Positions 22,733 through 37,519 of a stretch of DNA of 64,000 bases are shown piece by piece (positions within the stretch are counted from its first letter, which is position 1; the number at the start of each line of letters is the position of its first letter). Position numbers and translations under genes: made by a program. This DNA is from Paecilomyces variotii. Taxonomy: Eukaryota. The DNA lies in assembly GCA_004022145.1 (NCBI GenBank), contig RCNU01000002.1, one strand, 5' to 3'. The notes beneath the pieces were generated by a model that ran no database searches, had not been told where the DNA came from, and saw only the letters and a list, made by a program, of their open reading frames with translations.

Positions 22733-24497
22733 ATCTTGTATATCTTTTTGCATTTTTTCTCTTCATTTTTTTCTTCGGCAAGATGATGGTCTACTGACAA
22801 ATCGGCACGACATAAGGGCATCGAGGTCTAGATCACTTGGCTTCCACGGGCCTCCTTCAATTTGTGGGAAGGGAATATATGAGTAGGTAGGTAGGTGTAC
22901 TTGATTGGGTTTATGATCTGTCTGATATTTGAAGCGACGTTATCCTCCAGCCTGCAACAACTGTGGACAAATTCTTTTTCTAGTTTTATGTATATTTTTG
23001 GTGTGGGCTGTATAAGTACTTGATGGACTGGATTTTATTCCTAAAAGTTCTAACGTAAACACACCACAATTGACCTTTACGCTCCTTGACTATGGAATCT
23101 TTCCAGGTCTATAGGAGAGAAAGCTGAAGCTGTTATCAAATATACCAAGCGTCTGCCTTTCTCCACGTAATATGGAATCTAATCTCACCGACCATCTTGG
23201 AAAGATGAGGCTGCCAGCCATTGTATCGTTCCGTAGCACAGTCACGGTATATCTGAAGACTCTTTGTCGGAGTCCAACTCTGGTATGCCGCTTTCAAGCA
23301 TCCAAAGCCATTGATACGCATATGGATGGTTCATATCCTCTGGTATTCGGCAGAACTTGACAAAGCTGAAGATCTTTGGTGGAACCTGGAACCTTTTCCT
23401 TTAGAGCCGTTGGGAATATGATGTCACTAGGGAATCGCAATCTTCAAGTTTGCTCAGAACCACAAGAAGTATGACTGACCTTGTTGAAAAGACATAAGAT
23501 GTTTAATCAAGTTCTTCTGTCTATTGGATGATATTTCGTATTTTTCGAACTATATCAGCTTGCATTCTCAAGGTAGCCGAAGACATTCGTTGAATAAAGA
23601 TTCTCTGGTTCTCGATCTATTATAGCAGCCTTTCTCGCTTTCTCTATGCTGGAAATAAAAGTAAATCCAATCCCAGGTTGGGGTTTCCTTTCTACATATA
23701 TCAGTATTTTCATGCGAAACTCCCTACGCAAGGGCATTCAACAGTGTTTTCAGCATTTGTGCATGCTATTGATTGTGCAGGGGTGGACGAAGAAAACGAA
23801 ATGCATACTGATATAGAAGAAGTGTAGTTTGATAGGCGATCGAGCACCATATTGGTATTTTGGCTAGGAGACTCAAGGGAATGTGGATGAATACGTCGCT
23901 CTCATCAGGTCCAGAACAACGAGTGATTAGTTGAAATGTACTACTTGAGGGCCAAATATAACTTGATACCATTCGAATGGCCATGGGGACCGGCCAGTCT
24001 AGAGCAGCATCCTGTCTGGCAGAACCTTCAGGCTAGCTTCTCAGTTCTCATTTTCTTCAAGACAGGAGTCCGCACATATTTCGTACAAATATTACGCAGA
24101 TATTATCGCGAAGAGACTGTTTGTCGGCAAGCTCCTGGAGTATCTCGCGCTGGCTAGGTTTACCTATTGTTCGAGACGGTTCACCGTTCCACAGAGGTGA
24201 GATCAGTGGAGTTGGCCCTTCTGCATAACACCCTCGGCAGCGCGCAAGCCATAGTCAGGTTCTCACAATATATTTTCTCTCAATATAAACATCTAACCCA
24301 GAATATAATAAGGCGTCGAGAAGTTATCTAAATCTTGACCGCAACATCCCCTTAGCCCATTGCGAAATAAGGACCTCATGTGCTGTCTATGAGTAGTTTG
24401 TCAAGACACAAATGTAGCAATGCTCGCTTTCACCTCGAATAGACATTCATTTTGCTGAGGGGATAAAAAAACAAAACGCAAAAAGATATTTAAATGT

Positions 24498-24622
24498 TGG
24501 CGCTGCTGGGAATCGAACCCAGGCTGGCACGGCCACAACGTGACGTCCTACCACCAATGGGGGGGTTAGTTTTGAGTTGGTGATGTGGTTGGTTAAAGGT
24601 AAACTCACTAGACCACAGCACC
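24498..24622 (-). tRNA. tRNA-His(GUG), copy 3, with a 54-nt D-loop intron (24608-24555)
   Basis: Exons identical to copies 1 and 2 on the minus strand; intron differs from copy 1 at 2 positions; T-run terminator follows. Confidence 0.88.
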
Positions 24623-25446
24623 GATTTTTATTTGCCAGCGACAATTTAAAGATCTATCAATGCATATGGACGTGCCTGCAACTTTGTCCTGTTCAGGATT
24701 AGCATAGCATATTAGGAGGTGATAGTTACAGAGTGAAAACCATCTCTTTATTATTCTTAACGTCTACTATAATATTAGCTCTATTATACTAGTAGGAAAT
24801 ATTTCTAATAGCCAAAAGGTCTTAATATCGTGATTAGTATAAGGATATCTGTTATTTATTATTTGCATTCTGCGAGGAAGTCCACAAGCCACGCAGCGGA
24901 AAATAACTACCATAACCACTCTGTCTGGGAATACCAATATTATCGAGGGCCACTACTACTAACTGGTATCGGATACGGTCCATCCTCGATCCGATCAGGG
25001 TCTGCACTAGTTGAGAGTCTGTGCAACCCCGCCGTTTCGGATCGTGAACAAGAACAAGTCATGCTCTTCCCCGTGGGACAATTAGTGTACCCCGCGTCGA
25101 GTGGAGATCCGAGGCATTCCCGACTAGCTGACAGGTCGATGCCGAAATATAGTACCGTTGACGATTCTGTCTACCAAGTCATCGGGTAGGCTATTAAGAA
25201 ACCGGGCTTAGCTCTGTACGACAAGCCAGAGACCATATCCCGAATGATCGCTGCGCATCCAGCACGGACCTCAGCATCGGATGCTGCTGTCCGTATTCCG
25301 ATCAATTGAGACTAAAGCGTGGAATGTAGTTGCGACCAGGATAGGATATCATCCAGTACCCCGCGCAGATAACGTAAGTAGGTGATATTTATTACACGCA
25401 AGGAGCAAACCCTGGACTATAACAACCACCCTGGCCCGGGAATTAG

Positions 25447-28047
<2,601 letters not shown>

Positions 28048-28269
28048 TCGCTTGGGCACCGCTAGTTGGATGTGATTTTTTTCTTTTCGAACAGTGGCTT
28101 ATTGATACATATAAATAGATATTCTTTCAATACTATTAAGTTCCTTTTGCCTCAAAGCCAAAACTTAGACTTGAGACGTCAACCCTCTTACTTTATTCTG
28201 TTCAAGTGAGATTTCCTAATGGCTATGCTAAGTACAGCTCACGGCCTCGAATTAAATACCGAGTCTAAT

Positions 28270-30630
28270 TTACTGCTTCTCCAGGAATACTACCGTGCTA
28301 CCATAGTCACCATCCAACGGGAACTGTAAGCCCATATTCATTAGCGTTGCACCAGAGTAAGTTCCAACCCCGTCAACACTATACGTTGCCTGAGCGTCCA
28401 GTCCCTGCAATCTCACCCAAGGCGTAGCGCGATTTATATTAGCTCTGACCTGGAAGTAGAATAGCACTGCTTGAGACCCATCTTCAGAGATGAACAACAC
28501 AGCGGGCCAGTTGGAATCCTCAGGGAGACTCAACCGCCACATATCTCCGGTAAGCACAATTGGGCTAATCTTCTCTGCCAAATTGATAAGTCCCGGGAGA
28601 GCGGCTTTGTCATTCTCATCCAGTTCCTCCGGATTTAGTTCAAGACCGAACCCACCGCCCATCATAGCGACGTGCCCACGGAACTCGATGGGGGTAGTCC
28701 GTCCGGTTTGTTGGTTGGGCACCGCCGAAATATGCGCACCCATTGCGCTGGGTGGATACACGAGAGAAGTGCCAAGCTGGATGGAAATACGCTCCAGGCC
28801 GTCAGTGTCATCAGATGTCCATATCTGAGGGAAATATTGCAATACACCGGGGTCGAAGCGTCCGCCTCCTGAGGCACATCCCTCCCACAAGACGTAAGGA
28901 AAACGGGATGTGAGGGTCTCGAACACGCGGTACATGCCAAGCATGTATTCATGGTCTGCACTAGGGGAGGGCAACTCATGAACACCTCGGTTGTGGTCCC
29001 ACTTGATATAGGTGATGTTGGCACTTTTAAGGAGGTTTGAGACGAAATCGATAATAAAGTCCTGCACCTCCGGCAAGGCGAGGTTCAGCACGAGCTGGTT
29101 CCGCCGCAACGTCCTTGGGTACGGGCCTGCGTGGAGTGCCCAGTCAGGGTGCTCGTGGTACAGGGTTGAGTTGGGGTCAACCATTTCTGGCTCGATCCAG
29201 ATACCGAATCGGAGGTTGGTAGAGGTGTTTGCCGCCTTTAATTCAGTCACATTGTTCACCAGAGGGTCGAGACCATCGGGGAACTTTTGTCGGTTCGGTT
29301 GCCAGTCACCGAGACCAGCATAATCGTCGTCACGAGGGTATTTGTTTCCGAACCAGCCATCATCCATTACGAAGAGCTTTGCTCCCAATGCAGCCGACTC
29401 CTCGGCCAGTTGGTACATGCTGCTCTCATTGAAGTCAAAACCAAGTCCTTCCCAGCTGTTGAGGAGAGGGGGTCGGTTGCTGGTAGCGTATCGGCTCTTT
29501 ATTAAATGCTTGCGATAGAGACGATGGAACGAGCGAGACATGCCACCAATTCCGTCTTTCGAGTAGACAGAAACACATTCGGGAGATATGAGGGACTCGT
29601 TAGGGCCTAGATTCCAAGATAACTGTTCAGGATTAAAACCAAGCATAGCACGGGTAAAGCCCTGGGAGCCTTTCTCAACATTGACGGCAAATGACCCAGT
29701 ATAGACCAACGAGAACCCCCACGTCTCGCCCTGAGACTCTGTTGTAGAGGGTGATACTAGCGTGAGGAAGGGATTGTGAAGATGTGACGAGAACCCAGTG
29801 GTACTTCCGAAGCTGTTGCAAGTTAGCACAGTACTGCAGCTTTCTATTCTGCCCCAATGCCAAATAAATACCCTTGGATACCGTATTCCACTCTTCTTCT
29901 CTCGCGTCGCCTTTCTCTAGCCCAGTCTCCATTAAGACTGATCATATCAAGGTCCTCAAAGGGCAAATCCACGCTCAGACTGGCCAATGCCTCGATCGTG
30001 ATGTTCCCCTCCCCTCCGTTGGTTACATTGACGCTCCGAACAATCGCATCGTACTTGGGGAAAATTGAGTACGATAAATCTGCTGCTACTGAGCTGTAGT
30101 TGTCGTATAGATGCACAATCAGAGTCGTCACATCGCCCTCGCTACCTGTGGTCGCAGGCAGCCCCGGAAGACCAGGCTTGCCTTGCACAATTGTGTGTGA
30201 TTGGTACTGCAGGTCTGACACGGTATAACCGGCAGTTTGGCGTATGCGCACGGCAGGAATACGGAAATCCCCGCGTCCTTGGTCGGGGAATTCACGGCGC
30301 ACACGACCTGGCATGCCAACCCAGCCGTTCACTTGCGGCACTGCTGCCGTTGGGATAGATCCAGTCAAACTGCCACCGAAGTGGTCCGACAACAGATCTC
30401 CAGTGCTGTTGTCGACATGGAATCTATAAGACACATTGTCTCCGTTGAGGGCAAAGCTCGTTCCATTGACAACGACCGCTGTGGACAACTGTTACCCAAG
30501 TTGAAGCGAAATGTGTAAGACGCGTCTTACCGTTTCCGAAAGAAGACTCAGCCTTGACAATCCGAGGGCCTCCAGAGACTACAAGAGCAGTTGCAGCGGC
30601 AACGACAGCCCTTTGTGAAAGCCCAACCAT
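28270..30630 (-). CDS. aglC: Secreted GH36 alpha-galactosidase (AglC type), 2 introns
   Basis: Signal peptide [18 protein letters not shown]..., [47 protein letters not shown] (nucleophile), [18 protein letters not shown]. Confidence 0.95.
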
Positions 30631-31805
30631 TCTGGCTAGTCGAAATCTCCAGGATTCTCCGCTGCAGACAAAGGTAAGACCACGGGAGTCAAGCCCTCCT
30701 CTTAATACCTCTCCCCATGGTAAAGTTATAGTGCACCTCAATCCACTTAGACTAGCATATTCTTAGTATGTCTTGAGGGGTCATACGTTAGATGCCGTCG
30801 AGAGTTCAATAGTGTATGCCTAATCCCGGGGGATTTTGCCGGCTAATATGCGAATCAATCAAAGCAAGCTCTTTGGTGAAGCCGGAGTACCTTTTTGGAT
30901 CTGGCAGGGACGATCAACTTGTACTTACCACTAACTCTGATTCCGTGATTAGTATAGTTAGTAGACCGCGAATTGCGGGGTGGTCCTTGAGCACAGAAAG
31001 GGAAGCATGTAGGGGCAATACTTATCGGTGAAATGCTGCCTGTTCGTTCTCTTAGGGCATTAAGTACACGTACTCTTCGCGATACATTCCACACGCTGTC
31101 TTCACGTCCTATCCTCAACAGCACGTGAATCTCATTCTTGCTACGAGCTGCAGCATCATGGAAGACACATCAGTGCTTGGACTCGGCTCGTGGATATAAC
31201 CAGCATAACTCTTTGACCTTCCAGCCAAGACTCCCCCGCGCCTTGGCTACTTAGCATAGCGTCGGAAGCTGGCATCCCTTCATCGGAACTAGATACGCCG
31301 AGAAGTCCTCCGGCCCCCAAATTTGCAAGTAGCGGCGCTGGAGTTAGGCTAGATGTTCATTATTGAAGAAAGGACATGGAATGGTGCGCCAGAGCTTCTA
31401 GAGGGTCGCATTTCTCGCTGATCGGGCACTATTACTTGAAAGTGTTGGACGAAAATACCTGGAGTCCTGCAAATCTCTTGCAATACCACACAAGAAATTG
31501 ACTACTGTACGTATTGAGCAGACCGCACGGCCACTTTCATTCCACCTGCTCTTAGAAGAAGTCAGAAGAGTTTCGAGCATCCAGACCATGGATCCTCGAG
31601 CTTTATGGCACATCTTCTAGAAGATCTTCAAGACACTCAGTACCCCATATATAGCATACGGGTCACCCTTTCGAGTCAATCCCTTCTATGTTAAGTATAT
31701 CTGACGGATATCTTCAGTAATGTTTGCTGAAACTTCACAGGATGACTCAGATTAAGTCTCTCTATGCTCTGTTTAAGGGAAAATACAAGTTCATGTAAAT
31801 GCTGA

Positions 31806-32890
31806 TTATATCTTCGTATCCTCATCATCATAGACAGTTTCTGTTTTATGCTTCATCTGGTCACCTTCCTTAGAAGGCCACACAGCACAATCCATGTCGT
31901 CAGCCCAAAGTGGCCTTCGTTTCACTCGGAAGTCGAAAACCTCCGGTCGCCTGTAATGGCCGCTCAAGTCTATGAACACTTTAACCTGAGCCAAGTCTGC
32001 TAAATTTAGTTCAGCGCTCACAAGCTTCTCGACAGCTCCCTCATGAGGTCCAGCAAGAAAACTGCAGAAGGGGTGAATCTTATGGGGTTGTTAGTAGCAG
32101 GCAAACTAAGTATTGCTTCTCGGACACTTACGATAGCGGACCAACCTCCCCCAGCTTTAACGCTGTCCTGCTCACCAAGATTCTCCTTCATCCAATTCAA
32201 GCATGAATCGTCCACATAATTAGAGGAGCAAATAACAAAAGTCTGGCCCGTTAGGGCATGACTTTTCATCAGGGCCTCAATTTGCGCGTTGGCAGAACTC
32301 TCGAAGCCTGCCATTGTGTTCAAAGCGGGCCACGCGCCAACATGGATTTCTTCGCCATCGAGTGTGAGTGCTTGTCGCGCAAGGGGCATCGTATTTTCCC
32401 AGCAGCATAAGCCGCCGATCTTGAAGTCGCCAAGCGAATCATAAGTTCGCAAAGTGTGTCCTCCGCCTTGGGCCCAGACCATGCGCTCCACGTATGTCGG
32501 TTGTAATTTGCGATGTACTCCCTTGATATCGCCTTTAGCATCGATGTATACTTGGCTGTTGAAAAGCGTGTATCCATTAGGAACGCGCTCAGAGATGCCC
32601 AGACAGATAGATATCTCCGCTTCACGGCAAGCTGCCTGCACCTCGTGGAGGTCGTCTTTCACAACCACACTCTGCTCTCCATAGGCAACGAGCGCACCAA
32701 CCTGTTTTATCGGCGGATAGCACTCGATAAAGTAAGGGTAGCCTGGGACGAATGTCTCTGGAAACGCGAGAAGTTTGATATCTTGCGCTTTGGCGTACTT
32801 TATGAGCTGAACTACCTTGGTGAGGGTAGCAGCCTTATCCATAAACACCGGAGCGGCGTGGACAGCTGCAGCTTGGACTTTGCGTGCCAT
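31806..32890 (-). CDS. Nitrilase (CN-hydrolase), 1 intron near 32130-32080
   Basis: Catalytic triad motifs FPETFVPGYP, HRKLQPTYVER and GLCCWEN; C-terminal D..GHYRRPEVF. Confidence 0.92.
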
Positions 32891-33676
32891 GTTCACTGCG
32901 CAGCTGAGAAACGAAGAGAGTTATTCAATTAAGTAGCTACCTAGTTTTGGATCTTGTTAGAAAGAACGTGGAAAATGTGGGAATCAAATAGGGAAGGGTA
33001 CTTGAACCCCCACTTTCACTGAAGCACCTAATAGGTATAACCCGCCGGCACAGCTTGTCGTACAAATGTATATTTTTGGCACTAGGGGCCTAGTAGAGTG
33101 CGATCTCGAGCTGCTGAAGATGCTTGATTGAAGGAGACTTAACTAGGAGCTGGAGCTGGAGGCTTCGGCGAGCTACCTACCTAGGTAATCCATGTGTAAC
33201 TGGCTAACCCAATGCGGAAGATGAAGGGAACCCCCGGGGCCGTCCCGACGTTACTTATTAATCGCGATTTGACAGCATCTAGCTAACTAATATTGAAACA
33301 GGAAGCTCCATTTAAGATCTACATTCATCACGACGCCGTAGAAAGGAATCTTGACCAATGCCTGAGGAAACATCCATATGGGAAAAAATGCATAGCGGCA
33401 GAGGAAAGGGTAATGATGCAGAGATCTTTTTGGCATCTAGCTTCATTCTACGGAAGTGTCGTCTAGGATGATGGATGAAGTATGGATACTGCTGTCTTGG
33501 AAGGGCGGACTATTTTTGGAGTCGGAGATAGGAAAGATACTCTATCATTACCAAACCATCTGGCCCGCTCTCTTTGCCACCCTTTGCAAAGCTCGAAAGC
33601 GTTCTGAGTCGCGGCCATGTGAAAGCAGACAAGATACGGACTTTCAAGTTTTACTACTGTATAGCCATCACTCAAT

Positions 33677-35514
33677 TCATTTCCTTCCCATAGCACGCTC
33701 AATCTCCGTTAATGCAGCGATCACCTTTTCGTCATAGTGTCTTCGCCCAATGATTTGCAGACTGACTGGCGCATCCTTGTACTTTTCGGGCGTGTACATA
33801 TCGTAAACGAATTGATCTTCTGCGTTTTTCGGTTTGTAATCCAAGTCCTTCTTGTCTTTCTCAGGATCGACCGTTGTGACAGGGAATACGGCGCCGGGAT
33901 AATCCAATAGATTCCAGTTGGAGGTGTATCCCCAATAACGCGATTGTTCATGCGGGGTTGCTGCGCCAAACGAAGGTGGACATAGGATCACGTCGACCTC
34001 CTTTCCATCTGCCTTGCCGGTGTTAGTCCAGTGTTTGGCATATGCTTCTCGATAAGCATCTCTCTCAGCGCAGAGCTATGTAGTCCTCGATTAGCTTACT
34101 GCGTTTATGCACAGGGGATGTATCATGACGTACCTTCCATAGCCCGTGTTGATCCAGCTTCTTCACCGATGGTTGTTCATGAATGATGAATTTCGTGAGC
34201 GGAAGGATTGGTTCACCACCCTCCTCTAGAAGACCCAAGACTTCCTCTCCACCGTCGGGCCAGTACAGCGCTGCTGTAATCTCCCAGCCCCTTCGATGAT
34301 TCAATGATTCGCAGTCCCAGTCAACTACCTCCATTCCTGCAGCCTTGCATGCCTCCGAGACCTCCTTGAGGGCTCGGATCATAGGAGGGTGAGGCATCAC
34401 GACACCATCCCACCATTGTACTGCGATCTTAAGCGGTCTGGTGAATTTATATGGCGTCCACTCCTTGGCTGTCAAAGACGGGTCCAGACGCCAGGGCTTC
34501 ACAGACAGAGCGACTTTCATAAACAGCTCGAGTGCCTCGCGGTCTGTTGTCATGGGTCCCAGCGTCGAGAAAATTGTCTCTTTTCCGATCATGTGGGTTC
34601 GTTGACCACCAGACGGTACACGCTTAACGGTTGGCCAACGGGACTATTAGCATTATGCATAAATCATCTCCTTCAGATTAACATACTTGAACCCATAGAT
34701 ACCAGTATGCGCAGCTGGACAGCGAATACTCCCCCCGATATCTCCGCCAACGCCCTATAATATTCAGCCACAGCTCGGTAGAAAGATAGTATTATACATA
34801 CTAAGACACTTCCACGCATCCCAATCAAAGCCGCCTCGCCTCCACTGCTTCCACCGCACGTCAAATCTCGGTTATAAGGGTTAACCGTCCGCCCGTATAT
34901 ATTGCTGCTGGTCTCTAAGTGCATGATCGTCTGTGGCTGAGTGGTGCGAGCAAAGAAGACACAACCAGCATCCCAGAGGGTATCATAGAGTAATATGGAA
35001 CCTTGTGGCTTGCCGATCCACGCAACATAAGAGGCATTAGCGGTTCCATTTGGTGACTTGGTGCCGTGATGTTCTTTCGTAGAGATGGGTAATCCATGGA
35101 GTGGCCCGACAGGCTCTGGCAAGGAGTCAAGATAGCGAGCTCGTTCGATCGCCTCGTCCCAAAGCAACTCTGTAAGGCAGTTCGTCTAGGGAAGTCAGAA
35201 AACCAAGCCCTCGAATTCTCGCAGTCATAAGAAATACTTACAGCGAAGTGTGCCAGTGCTGCCCGCCGCAGGAAAGCTCTCGTGACCTCCTCAGCGGAAA
35301 GTTCTCTACTATGCAGTTTGGCTAGAAGTTCCGTGACCGAATACTTTTCTGTGATCTCTATCTCTTTGGAAGTTAGGATTGCTTTTGGTAGCTCCTGGGA
35401 GTTGAGAGGCAAGGTGTCCGGTAAGCCCTGAAGAGGGGGCTCGACTCGAGCCACCGACTCATCCCGTTTCGTCCTCGCGATAGAGGCTTTCGCTTCCCAG
35501 GGTTGGATTGTCAT
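33677..35514 (-). CDS. Amidase-signature family amidase (AmdS/acetamidase-like), about 4 introns
   Basis: GPLHGLPISTKE (catalytic Lys), GGSSGGEAAL, GGDIGGSIRCPAA, GFKPT, YTSNWNLLDYPGAVFP. Confidence 0.93.
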
Positions 35515-37519
35515 TTCTATCAAAGCAATTCGAGCTTTCTCTCTGTGTCCTGATTCTGCAAAAGTACTGTTGGGAGAGTCACGCAGCTATTCGTCTTTTC
35601 GCCTACACCAAACCATCTTCCAGAGAGGACAGAAAGAACGCCTAATATATCCCCCGCAGATATCCTTACTCCTGGCACTAAGTTGGTGTTATCGCGTGGA
35701 AAGCTTATCGGTCATACCGACAAGCGGGGTAATCAGCTGGTGTTCCGATAGGAATGTAAGAGAGACTCTGGAGTCTGATCACCGGACAGCAGCGTAACTG
35801 CTCAAACGCGAATTCCTGACCAAGATTTAATGTATCTACTATGCAAGTGACAGCTCACGAAGGAACTATTAAAAGCTTCAACCTCTACACTGAAGAACTA
35901 AACGTATTATGGATTCTGTCTTGCTATGGCGAACTGACTAGACTGAGATTCCTTATAGTCAATTAATCCAGCTAACAGGAAACAAAAATAGATACAGATA
36001 AAAGCCAAGATCACCATATTCTCTCTGACTGGGCAGGAAGCATCACTTCAGCATATATCCAGTTATTCAGCTCTCCTCCTACCTAGTCCATCGCCTTCCA
36101 GTCCAGGAAGTCTGGTGTCTTCATTATCTGCTCTATCAGCGCGCACGGCATGCCTTCTGGTTCTCCTCTTCCTCCTCCTCTAAGTCCTCCTATATCTTTA
36201 CTCACTCTATACCTTTTATTTTAATTAGTATTTCTCTTTTATTAAAGGGTTTCTTCGAAATCTTATCCGGAGTCGTCAGCTTAATAATCTCCAGAATCAA
36301 CTAGGTCATGTTGTCCATGAAGAAATACCGTCGAAGGAAGGAAATGAAGATAGACGCCAGAGAACCTCAGTTAACTCGCTGAAGAGAATGAGCAACGGAC
36401 CCAAGCAGGACCTTAGAGGCATTTTAGGAACGGGCTTCCGCCCAGGATGAACGAAACACTGTGCGACTGTCGAGAACTCTTTCGAGTTCGACTTCCAGAC
36501 CAACAAGGAGTTGAAGCTAGGAATATGAATATTGAGGGGAGATATGATTGCAACAACCCCGGGTCGATGAACAACCTTTGGAAGGCGATGAGACTAAGTA
36601 TGTCACGAGTACGTTAATGAGCGGCAGTACAACAACGGTAGCTAAGTATACAGATTCACAACGCAAACACTTCGTTCGAAGGCCATTGTGGAATCTTCAG
36701 CATTGAAGTTCTTTGTTTCATTTATACTTGTTTTTATTCATTTATCCTGAGCGTCAACCATAACTAGAATCTTGCGAAGCTTACATAAGAGCCGCCTATC
36801 CGAGAGGGGATTTTGGAACACTTTGCGGGGGCCAGCTCAGAAAGCCGGAGTTTGCCGGAGTAGCTTGGTAACTCGAAGATTTATAATGACGATTGCTTCT
36901 ATTAGGAATCCTAACGCTGCACAGGTGATTTGTGATGATGATCAGCCTTCTGGGTGGGCATTTGGTCGGTTTGTCATGGAATCTTTGGTCGACGGGGGAA
37001 TAATTCACCCGCAGCAAAGATCTTCGATCAGATTGTTTTCGCTTTTGAAACGTTCGACATTACCAGCTGTCTGTCACGCTACCAGTGCTGGGGTCATAAC
37101 GTCAAGACATCAGCCTGGGGGGAGTCAAATAGTAAGAGATTGCGATGCGCCCTTTTATTATTGCTAATGTGCATTATTCTCGAAGCTTCATCATCTGAAA
37201 CTCTCCGAAAGCAAATGTCCGCACGGAGGAACTTTGTGGTAAATGGAAGAGCTCGGGCACATTTATCAGCAAAGCCCCGCGAGCCAAATTAGTGTCCGTT
37301 GAGCTAGATTGCATGTTGTTACTTTATTTTGCGGTGCGGGATGCTCCCCAAGGTGATGATATGACGCCGGATTGGTAACGCTGCCGTCACTACAGTCCCA
37401 CCATGTGCCCCGCGCACGCATATAAAGCCCTTCGATGCCGACAGGGCCCATTTCAACTGGAAAAAAGTGAATTGATTCTGTTGAAATTATTATACTGTCA
37501 GTGAGCAGATACTACTACA

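Noticed and set aside
19667-24622. The three repeats read as a tRNA-derived SINE, MITE or CRISPR-like array
   Set aside because: There is no body or tail beyond the tRNA, no visible target-site duplications or terminal inverted repeats, and no regular spacing. Invariant exons with a variable insert fit functional tRNA genes better.
31100-31700. Coding-like fragments between aglC and the nitrilase (e.g. ALWHIF*KIF)
   Set aside because: Faint resemblance to a NACHT remnant, but too short and broken to support.
36050-36320. Purine/pyrimidine-skewed, TA-rich patch resembling a RIP-degraded element
   Set aside because: No terminal repeats, no second copy in the window and no transposon protein motif.
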